Assembly: GCA_001275005.1 (NCBI GenBank)
Contig: JWZX01002641.1
Coordinates: forward strand, 1-55,807
Origin: Chrysochromulina tobinii
Taxonomy: Eukaryota
Direction: 5' to 3'
Length of the DNA stretch: 55,807 nt
The notes beneath the pieces were generated by a model. It was not told the origin of the DNA and did not search any database. It saw only the letters and a list, made by a program, of their open reading frames with translations. Position 1 is the stretch's first letter; every line of letters begins with the position of its first letter. A program made the position numbers and the translations under genes. Shown in pieces: positions 43,958-53,343 of the stretch.

Positions 43958-44229
43958 GAAGTTGCCCCAGGACGCGAGCGACAAGTATGAAAATCTCTTT
44001 CCCCACAGCTCCCCGTCGCTGGATGACGCACGGGCATGTTCCTTCGTAGGTGAAGTTGCCCCAGGACGCGAGCGACAAGTATGAAAATCTCTTTCCCCAC
44101 AGCTCCCCGTCGCTGGATGACGCACGGGCATGTTCCTTCGTAGGTGAAGTTGCCCCAGGACGCGAGCGACAAGTATGAAAATCTCTTTCCCCACAGCTCG
44201 CTGGATGACGCACGGGCATGTTCCTTCGT
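43958..44229. repeat. 94-bp tandem repeat (~2.9 copies) upstream of the HECT gene
   Basis: Copies start at 43958, 44052 and 44146; the third has a small deletion. Confidence 0.95.
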
Positions 44230-44442
44230 TTGTCTCTACACTTGTGATGAGAGGCGAGGTGTTTACTCGACAGAGTGTCACCTCGGAAACAGACGCGGAT
44301 TGCCTTCGCAGCTTTGCTCGATGTGGCCTGCGTGCTGGTCAGACATCGGATCGTCAGACGCGAGACGCGTTCAAGATAAATGTCAAGATCATAAGTGGAT
44401 TCGAAGATGAATGGCAGTCGGTCAAAAATACCGTAGGGAGCC

Positions 44443-44488
44443 GGGACACACACCACACGGGACACACGGGACACACGGGACACACGGT
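44443..44488. repeat. 9-bp tandem repeat (gggacacac)
   Basis: Direct reading. Confidence 0.8.
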
Positions 44489-44511
44489 AGGCCAAAGGAC
44501 CTCTCGACGGA

Positions 44512-45247
44512 TTAAACTCGCTCACTCCTCTCCGAGGTCTGTTCTCCAAGTCCGTCCTGACGTACGGCCGTGCCCCACACCGGTCCCAGCGCACGCAATG
44601 TGGCCGTGGGTAGGTGCTCGATGGATCTGTGCCGCGTCACGTCGACGCGTGCGAAGGCGGTCTGCAGGATTTGAAGCACATCCCCCATGCGCCACCAGCA
44701 CCACCATCCATCGCCGGTTTGGATCCAAAACACTGCTAGCCTCCAGGTGCTGCACGACGCCGCGGGCACGAGCAAGCACGCTCCGTATGCTTTCCACACC
44801 GTACTCCACGTGCTCTGCGCTGCGCGCGTCCTTCACCCACACGTCCTCGTAGCGATCGTCCGATCCACCGCTGAGCTCTCCGAAGCTCCGCTCGCGAAGT
44901 GCCAGCGTGGGCCAGACATCCCCAGGAGGCCAGACAGGCACGCCGGCCGCGAGGCAGCCCGCGCGCACCGATTGCGCAGTTTGCCACGCGCGCTTGAAGT
45001 CGGATGAAATGATCGCGACGTCCAGCCCATGCGCGCGTGCCTCGTCGCACACTGCGTCCGCCGCTTCCCGCGCCTGCTCCCACCCTGTCTCACTCAGGCC
45101 GTGCTCGACAGTCGCAATGGCCGGGTCGGATGAGATTATATGTGCGACGTTGGCGAGTGACTGTCCGTGCCGGAGCGCATAGTAGCGATGGCGCAGCGTC
45201 GTCGTGTCGGAGGACGCCGCAAGGGCGATGTGTAGGACGAGAAACAT
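44512..45247 (-). CDS. Histidine phosphatase (phosphoglycerate mutase family), frameshifted at ~44684
   Basis: LRHGQS, SSDFKRAWQTA, LRERSFG, VLVAHG then DVLQILQTAF in another frame across a G5 run; possible signal peptide. Confidence 0.85.
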
Positions 45248-45420
45248 CCACGAAAGCGTGTTCACACAACGCAATCGGAACCAGCTCAGAAAACACTTAC
45301 ACAACTCTTGATCCCGCGAGTTTTGCGCTTTGTTCACACTTTCTGTCGCCGGAAACTTGGAAAACCGTCGCTTTCCCCCGCTACGCCGCGCTTTCTCAAA
45401 CCGGCTTTTTTGCTTCCATC

Positions 45421-48400
45421 ATGATCCTCGACTTCATGATCCTCGACGGCTGGAAGACGTACGGCGGTCGCGTCGTCGTCAAGGGCTTTGATCCCGAATT
45501 CAATGCGATCGTCGGCAAGAACGGCCACGGCAAGTCCAACATGCTCGATGGAATATGCTTCGTGCTCGGCATCTCCAAGTCGGAGGACATGCGTGCGCCC
45601 TCCGCCGACGACCTGATCTACCGGCATGGAGGCGTCACCAAGGCGACGGTCACGCTCGTCTTCGACAATAGCGATCCGAGCAACGGGCCGCTCGGGTTCG
45701 AGGACTGCGCGCAGATCACTGTGTCGCGGCAGGTCACCAAGGGCGGCCGCAGCCAGCAGTACAAGATCAACGGCTCGACCGTGACGCTGACACGCGTGAT
45801 CAACATGTTCCACTCGGTGCAGCTCAACGTCAACAACCCGAACTTCCTCATCATGCAGGGCCGCATCGCCAAGGTGGTCGACATGAAGCCGCATGAGACT
45901 TCGGCCATGATCGCCGAGGCAGCGGGCACCAAGTTTTACGAGAACAAGGAGAGGACCAGCGTGAAGACGATCGCCCAGAAGGACACCAAGCTCATCGAGA
46001 TCGAGCGCGTGATGACCGAGGACATCCGGCCGCGCATCAAACGGCTCGAGGAGCAGAAGCAGCAGTACGTTGAGTTCACCAAGCTCGAGCAGAGGGCCGT
46101 GGACGCCGAAGAGGTGATGATCGCGCACCAGTTCTGGCTCGCCAGCAAGAAGGCGGAGGAGGTGAAGGAGCAGCGCGCCGTGGACGTGGAAGAGAAGGGC
46201 GCGATCGATGAGCGCAAGAAGGGCGCGGCCAAGGAGGTCAAGGATCTCGAGACCAAGATCAGGGAGACCCGAGAGCTGCGCACCAAAGACGGCGGCGCAC
46301 AGATGACGATCGTCAAAGAGGCCGAGAGCGTGGCCAGCCAGAAGCTCGTCGCAGCGCGCACCGACCACAAGGAGCTGAAGCGACGCGGGGGAGACGACGC
46401 AAAGGAACTCAAGGAGGCGCTCAAGGCGATCGAGGACCTCAAGAAGAGCCAAGCGCAAGCCGCGGGCGGCTGGGACGAAGTGGCCGCGAACGAGATGGCA
46501 GCGAAGGCGAAGGCCGACGAGGCCGAAGCGACCGCGCAGCGGGCGCAGGCAGCCCTCGACGCTGCGATTGGCCTCGGCGGCAGCGGCGCCGACGCAGGTG
46601 GCGCGCAGGATCTTCCCGGCCAGCTCAACGGTGCCAAGGAGGCTCTACGCAACCTCGCCACCGAGAGCAAGGTGCAGGAGAGTCGCAAGAAGGAGGCGGA
46701 GAAGCAGCTCAAAGAGATGGAGGCGCAGCTGGCCAAGGCGCGCAAGGAGGGCGGCAAGCAGGAGGACCAGCACGCCGCTCTCGCTGCGGAGGTCGCACGT
46801 CTCCGCAAAGGGCTCGAAGTGCTCTCGGGGCCAGAGGCCTCGGCCGAGGCCGAGGCACGCCTCAGCGTGGAGGTGCGGGAGGCGCAGGCGGAGCTGCGGC
46901 GGCGCGAGAGCGAGGAGTGTGCGCTCGCAGGCAGCCTTGCCGCCTCCGACTTCCAGCTACCGAGCGCAGCCTTCGCGGGTCGGGTCCTGGGCACGGTGGC
47001 GACCAACCAGCGCGTTCGCGAGGAGCGCCATATGATTGCCATCGAGGCGCTCGCTGGCTCCCGGCTCAACCAGGTCATCGTCGATAACGACGAGACGGCC
47101 GACCAGCTGCTCCGGCAGGGGCTCCAGCGGCGCGTTACATTCATCCCGCAGAATCGCGTGCGGAAGTCGGCGCAGGAGGAGGCGAGTTTGACCAGCCGCG
47201 TGCAGCAGGCGCAGGCGCTCGTGGGCGAGGCGCGAGCGAAGCGCGCGCTCGACCTTCTCGACTACGACCAGGCGGTGCATCCGGCGATGCTGTACGTATT
47301 CGGTTCGATGATTGTTTGCTCCGACCGCGATGCGGCCCGTAAAGTGTGCGACGAGCTCAACCTCAAGACAGTGACGCTCGAGGGCGACCTCTTCGACCCA
47401 AGCGGCACGCTCACCGGCGGCTCCCGCAAGCCTAGTGGTGAGTCGCTCCTCAATCGGCTCGGCCAGCTGCACGCTCTGCGGGAGACAATCGGGGGTCTAC
47501 GGAAGCAGATCCAGGGCAAGGAGCAACTGCTGCACGGGCTGTCCAAGGCGGCCGAGCAGTCGCAGCAACAACGGCAGCAGCTCGAGGTGGCGCAGGCGCG
47601 GCTCGACGTGCTCGAGCAGACGCGCCAAGCCTCGCCCATCGGGCGGCTCGAGGAGAGCGCCACGAGGCTGTGCAGGCAACGAGACGAGGCGCTCGAGGCG
47701 CTCGCGCGCCTCGCGAACGAGATGCGCACGCGCGAGCAGGAGCGCGACAGCCTTCAGACGCAGATTGATGACCTCGCTGGCAACCGCGACAAGGTGGTGG
47801 CCGAGCGCAAGGCGGCGGCGGCCGCAGCTAAGAAGGCGGCGCAGGCGGCGCACAAGGCCTATGCCAAGGTGAACGAGACTGCCCAAAGCGCCAGGGCGCA
47901 GCTCGAGGCCGCCGAGGCCGACATGGCAGCGGCCGTGCGACGGCTCGACGAAGCAAAGGAGCAGCAAGCCGCCACGAGTGGCGCCATCATCGAGGCAGCG
48001 GCCGCCGAGGCCGAGCGATTCGCCGAGTACGAGGCGGCAAGAGCAGAGCTCGACAGCTGCCAAAAGGCGCTTGGCACGTACGACACGCGCGTCCAGGAGC
48101 TCGAGAGCCGCATTCGCGAGCTCGCTGAGCAGCGCGAGAAGGACGAGGCAGAGCTGATCGCGATCGCCCATCGCGTCGACAAGTTGGGCCGCGAGCAGAA
48201 GGAGGCGGAAAAGGAGGCGAAGGAGCTCAAGGCGAAGCACTCCTTCATCGGCGAGCACGAGAAGCACTTTGGCGATGCGGGCGGCAAGTACGACTTCAGC
48301 AAGGTGAAGACGATGCAGAAAGACCGCGAGCGCCTGCAGGCGCAGCTAAAGAAGGACGCTGAGCAGATCAACAAGAAGGTGCTCGCCATGTACGAGAAAG

Positions 48401-49098
48401 CGCAGGAGGAGTACGCTGACCTCGTGGCTAAGCGCGAGCAGGTGCAAAAGGACAAGGAGTCGCTCCAGGGCACCATCGATCATTTGGCGCAGATGAAGAA
48501 GGAACAGGTGCAGCGCACGTACGAGCAGGTGAACGAGGATTTCAAGGCCATCTTCCACACACTCATGCCAAGCGCGCACGCGAAGCTTGCGACCATCGAG
48601 GGCCTCACGGTCGAGGAGGGCCTGCAGATCCAGGCCGGCTTCGGCGGTGTGTGGAAGAAGGGTCTGACCGAACTCTCGGGCGGCCAGAAGACGCTCGTCG
48701 CGCTCTCGCTCGTGCTCGCACTCCTCAAGGTGAAGCCGGCGCCGCTATACATTCTCGACGAAGTTGATGCGGCGCTCGACGGCTCGAACACGCAAAACGT
48801 TGGCAAGATGATCAAGCAGCACTTCAGCCAGGCCCAGTTCCTCATCGTGTCGCACAAGAATGGCATGTTCGACAACGCCAACGTTGTCTTCAGGGTGGAG
48901 CTCGACGAGATCACGTGCAAGTCGTCCGTCCTCCGCAAGATGCCGGTCCTCGGTCTTCCAGAGGTTTCAGCTGCTACCGAGCCACCCCGACGGACCGCTG
49001 GAGCCGCTGCGACGGGCGTTGCTTCGCGCGCCCCGGGCGCCAAGAAGATGGCTACCAGCGCCGCCAGCGGGCGTGCAGTGCTGGGCGTGAAGAATTGA
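45421..49098 (+). CDS. SMC2: Condensin subunit SMC2
   Basis: ILDGWKTY, FNAIVGKNGHGKSNMLDGICFVLGI, VQLNVNNPNFLIMQGRI, hinge TLEGDLFDPSGTLTGG, LTELSGGQ, PAPLYILDEVDAALD. Confidence 0.95.
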   Translation: MILDFMILDGWKTYGGRVVVKGFDPEFNAIVGKNGHGKSNMLDGICFVLGISKSEDMRAPSADDLIYRHGGVTKATVTLVFDNSDPSNGPLGFEDCAQITVSRQVTKGGRSQQYKINGSTVTLTRVINMFHSVQLNVNNPNFLIMQGRIAKVVDMKPHETSAMIAEAAGTKFYENKERTSVKTIAQKDTKLIEIERVMTEDIRPRIKRLEEQKQQYVEFTKLEQRAVDAEEVMIAHQFWLASKKAEEVKEQRAVDVEEKGAIDERKKGAAKEVKDLETKIRETRELRTKDGGAQMTIVKEAESVASQKLVAARTDHKELKRRGGDDAKELKEALKAIEDLKKSQAQAAGGWDEVAANEMAAKAKADEAEATAQRAQAALDAAIGLGGSGADAGGAQDLPGQLNGAKEALRNLATESKVQESRKKEAEKQLKEMEAQLAKARKEGGKQEDQHAALAAEVARLRKGLEVLSGPEASAEAEARLSVEVREAQAELRRRESEECALAGSLAASDFQLPSAAFAGRVLGTVATNQRVREERHMIAIEALAGSRLNQVIVDNDETADQLLRQGLQRRVTFIPQNRVRKSAQEEASLTSRVQQAQALVGEARAKRALDLLDYDQAVHPAMLYVFGSMIVCSDRDAARKVCDELNLKTVTLEGDLFDPSGTLTGGSRKPSGESLLNRLGQLHALRETIGGLRKQIQGKEQLLHGLSKAAEQSQQQRQQLEVAQARLDVLEQTRQASPIGRLEESATRLCRQRDEALEALARLANEMRTREQERDSLQTQIDDLAGNRDKVVAERKAAAAAAKKAAQAAHKAYAKVNETAQSARAQLEAAEADMAAAVRRLDEAKEQQAATSGAIIEAAAAEAERFAEYEAARAELDSCQKALGTYDTRVQELESRIRELAEQREKDEAELIAIAHRVDKLGREQKEAEKEAKELKAKHSFIGEHEKHFGDAGGKYDFSKVKTMQKDRERLQAQLKKDAEQINKKVLAMYEKAQEEYADLVAKREQVQKDKESLQGTIDHLAQMKKEQVQRTYEQVNEDFKAIFHTLMPSAHAKLATIEGLTVEEGLQIQAGFGGVWKKGLTELSGGQKTLVALSLVLALLKVKPAPLYILDEVDAALDGSNTQNVGKMIKQHFSQAQFLIVSHKNGMFDNANVVFRVELDEITCKSSVLRKMPVLGLPEVSAATEPPRRTAGAAATGVASRAPGAKKMATSAASGRAVLGVKN

Positions 49099-49783
49099 GT
49101 GCGATGAGAAGGTTGGTCGGGACGCCTAGCATGCTCTGTACACGTCGCCAACTTGGCGGCCGGCCTGACTGACCCTGACACGAGTCGCTGCGCCACCCAC
49201 TTGCAGCCTGGGGAAGTCCAGAAGCCAGCCCGCGGAGGCGAAACGCGCTCTCTCACAAACATGCCTGCTATCGAGAAGATGGACGAGATTGACGACGCAG
49301 ACCTTACCCAAAGCTCTGGCGCCCTCCATGCTGAAACCCTCGCGCCAGGCGAGCGTTGCCATCCGTGATTGCGCCATGCGGCGAGTCGACGCCACGACGG
49401 CAGCGGGCAGGGAGTTAAGCAGGGAGTCCGGCCTTCCGCGCAATCGAGACGTGTGCACTTGTCCTCGTTCTATGCGAGGTATGAGTACCGTCGCTCGATG
49501 CACGATGGATCTCTCCAGCTCGCAGCTGCCGACGGAGCGTACGGCTTGCTGCGTTAGGTACTTGTATGGACACCGCTGCGCCGCGCGCTCGCCCGGTCCC
49601 CTGTTTCAAGATTGCGCTCAGGCAACTCTCAGGTCGAGATCGCCGGCGCGTTGGGTGGGTTTTGTCTGTTGCTGTTTTCCGGTTTTACGCATAGGATTTT
49701 CCAAATTTAGGGTCTCGCCTTTTCGCCTTATTTTCTATTTTGGTGGCTTGCGGGTCGACGCACGCTGAAAGACGGCCGCGAAA

Positions 49784-51399
49784 ATGTCTCGACAGGCAGC
49801 ACAAAGCGATCGGAGGACTGGCCGGACTCCGTCGCCTCAGCATCGGCTGCCCCGTCCGCAGATGTTGCCGCCGCCGAGAACTGGACTGGAGACCGCCACT
49901 ACAAGCAGTCCATTGATAGAAGACGCCGAACCGGAGTCGTCCGGAGGGGATGGCGCACCGGCCTCGGCTCCCGCCGCCACAGATGGCGGGACGGAAGTAT
50001 TTGGCGTGAAAGCCAAGTCGATCTGGTCGACCATGGAAGTCGGTACCTCTAGCAACGACAACCATGTCCTCGAAGATTACCTCGCTATGTGCTATGATCC
50101 GATCTATGAGTTTGTCATGCACCAACTGCTGGGTGATGGTGCCGTGCAAGTGGCAGTGCGCACGCTCGCGCTCTACATTCTGGCCGGTATGCTTGCATAC
50201 AAGCTGTTTGAGCGCTGGGAATTCTTTGATTGCCTTTATTTCATCGTTGTCACTTTGACCACTGTCGGATATGGAGATCTCGTTCCCACGACCACACTCG
50301 GCAAGCTCTTTACCCCCTTCTACTGTGTCCTGGGCATCACTCTCGTGCTTAGGGCGCTCTCGCCAGTTCTGGAAGTCTTGCGTGGCCCATGGCGCGACCA
50401 GTTGCTTGGCTATTTCGGTTGGCGAGAGGCTTCGTTCGACGAATCAGAGAAGCTTCCTGACACCGAGAACGTTGACAACGACGGGATCGTCAACAACTCA
50501 ACATCACGATCAACAAAAGCGACGTCCATGAAGCGGCCATCCTTCGACGAGAGATGGAGACCGCGTTGAAGAACAATCGGCGGCGCGTCGCCTTAGCCAT
50601 GGTAACCCCAGGCGTGATCATTCTGATTGGCGCGGCGATCCACTTTTTTGCGATCCGCGTGCCCTCCGAGACACCCTTCCTCGGTATAGTGGACATTGTT
50701 GGCGTGGTCGACTCCTTCTATTGGGCTGTTGTTACGGCGAGTACGCTCGGATACGGCGACATCGTGGCCAAGGGCCACTTTGCTCGCGTTCTCGTCATGA
50801 TCTACATTCCCATTTCCGTGCTTGCTTTGGCCGACGCGATCGCGGACGTGCAGATGGTTGCCATTCGCAAAAAGATCCGAGAAACTGACTATGGGAGGAT
50901 AGCCGACGAATGCTTACTGCGTGATGCGGTGCGCAACACGTTGCGTGGGGGCACAAATTACGAGCCCGCACTGAGCGAGTCCGAATTTTTGATCGACCAG
51001 TTGCTTGCCAACGGCCTTGTGGATCCTGATGCTGTGGAAACGATCAAAGGCCATTTCAGACAACTGACTCGCCATGGGGACTTTGCGAGTGACGAGCAGC
51101 GCATGTTAACGCCAAAGCTGGTTTATCTAGAGATCAAGGAGCGTGCTCGGACGGGCGCGGCACTCTCGGTAGCCTCCGAGCACTGCGATCTCGTGTGGCG
51201 CTCTATGAAAAGTCGCACGAAATTCTCACATCGATCAGGAACACCAACTGATAGAGAGTTTCGGTGGAAGAGCTTCGAAGCCTGGCGGGATGGAAGCTGG
51301 CATGCTAGAGTCTTGGCGATGGAAACGGTGATCAAGGAGATGGATGAAGCACCGAAGGGATACAATCGGACGAAACGGGTGGGCTCCCGAGGGATTTAA
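49784..51399 (+). CDS. Two-pore-domain (TPK/K2P-like) K+ channel, frameshifted at ~50495
   Basis: Two pore loops, TLTTVGYGD and TASTLGYGD, each flanked by TM helices; TPK-like LSESEFL..L..GLVD C-terminus; halves in overlapping frames. Confidence 0.85.
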
Positions 51400-52015
51400 G
51401 CTGCCGCGATGTCTGATGAGCTGTGGCGCCAGCATAGCGCCAGCAACGGAGTCCATAGGATGCAGGAACGGAGGCGCCGCCCACACATGCGCCCCGAAGG
51501 TGCGTCAATACTGTCCGCGAGATGCGAGATCCGAGAAATCCCGTTGACGGTTACCTCTAAGACTGACAGTACACTGTACAGCACGTCTAAGTACTAAGAG
51601 TTTAAGACACGTCGAGCCGGGCCCACTGCGCCACTGGCACTGCCCACACGACTCACGAGCGGACAATTGCTCACTCGTCACTCGTCGTCGACCGGCGTTC
51701 GCGGCTATTTCCGCTTACCGCGCTTTACACGTGCGATCGTGCCGCGCGGGTGGCGGAGCCGCGGCGGCGCGGCGGCGCGGGATTGGCAGCCACAGGCGCA
51801 GGCGGCGCGGGGGATAGCGTTTAGCAGTTTCGTACCAGTTTCCGCATCGTTACCACGTAACCGCAAACCGGGCCGCTCAACTTACATGGAAATATCATAG
51901 GCGGGAGGAGCTCTCAGAGAGCTCGCTCGCAACGCGTGTCCACGACGAGCGCGAAAGAGAGCTCAGGACCGGGCGTGGGCAAAGGCCGTCGTGGTTCCGG
52001 TAGCCGTGGCAGACG

Positions 52016-52977
52016 TCACGCCATTTCGCCCCGCAGCGCAAAGGCGCGCGTGGTGCGCGTCGCGCCTCGGCAGAGTGGGCACAGGCGCACCGCGCCAGTC
52101 GCGGTCCGCGTCTTCTTGATCTTGAGGAGGCACTCTTCGTGGATCCTGCGACGCACGCAGCGGGAGATTGCACGTGGGGTTATGTCACCGTACACATGCG
52201 GCTGTGATGTGATGAAGAGGCGCACGGCGGCGACGGTTTTGCACCGGTGCCCGCACTCGAGGAGCTGGAAGGTGACGACGCCATTCCCCTCCGTGAGCAT
52301 GTCGAGGCACACGGGGCAGTCGGGCTCGAGTATTCCCTTTTTCTGCAGCTCCCGGCGGCTGGCGAGCACGCCGCTCTTGCGCAGGAGCGTGACGATGAAG
52401 TAGGCCGACAGCACTCGGCAACCTTCGTCGCTACACGGAGCCTCCGCGAGCCGTCCCTCTCTGCGGTGCGGGCGAGGAGAGGCGCGTCAGCAAGCATATA
52501 AAGGGCCAACGCTGCCCGGGCCAAGGCGCCTGCATACATTTGCATGGCTGCATCGGATAGAGTGGCCTGGAGCTCGGCGATTTCGCGGCGGAAGTGCGCG
52601 TGAGCGTCGCGCGAGCCCTCGATGAACCTGTGCCTGAAGGCATGCCCCATGCGCTCCCGCTCGTCGCTCGAGAACTTGCCCTCGGGATACGTGCGCCTCA
52701 CGAAGTCGCCGCAGATGCGCTCCATGTCCTCGTCGCTGATGCTCTGGAGCTCAGCAATGGGGTCGGGACAGTCGGGCTCGGGGTGTCGAAATGCCTCGGC
52801 GATGCCTTCGACGAGCGTGCGACCTTCGAGATGGGAGATCCACCGCCGGGCCACCAGGGGCTCCGTCCGCTGTGGAGGAAGGGCAGCTTCGCACAGCGAC
52901 GTCGGCATGCCATCCGCCAGGCATTGTGGCGTCGTCATGCTACTCGTAGGGTTGGCGTCTGCTGAGGGAGACGCCAT
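52016..52977 (-). CDS. RING-H2 zinc-finger protein
   Basis: After removing the in-frame GT-AG intron 52146-52244: CPVC..CGHRIHEEC..CPLC. One frame change near 52415 joins the N-terminal ORF. Confidence 0.7.
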
Positions 52978-53343
52978 TCGTCGGACGCGACCGCCGGCTC
53001 ACTCCCCTCGCGGCTCCCCATCGCGATCCGCGTCCCGTCGAACTGTGAAGGCATTCGAAAGATCTCAAACTCCCAGAGGCCATAGCTCACACAGAATCCC
53101 TGCAGAAAGACAGTCTAGAGTTTACCCTTTTGCGCCTGTGAAGAGTCTGTGAACTCCGCGCTTGGCGGCAAAGTGCCCGGTCTTGCGAGCCATCGCGTTC
53201 GTGCGTCCTGATGCCATCGCGAGCCGAGGCGGATCTGGCGGCGGCGGCCCCGAGCGGCGGCCTCGCGCTCCGTCAGCGCAAGCCAAGCCTCGACGTACCT
53301 CCTTCGGACAGGTGAGAGGCCGGGATCCCGCGGCGGCGCGCAC

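Noticed and set aside
43958..44229. CRISPR-like array
   Set aside because: Units are contiguous and near-identical, with no unique spacers and no cas genes; eukaryotic context.
49099..49783. Small ORFs between SMC2 and the K+ channel
   Set aside because: Short, with no motifs; cannot be supported.
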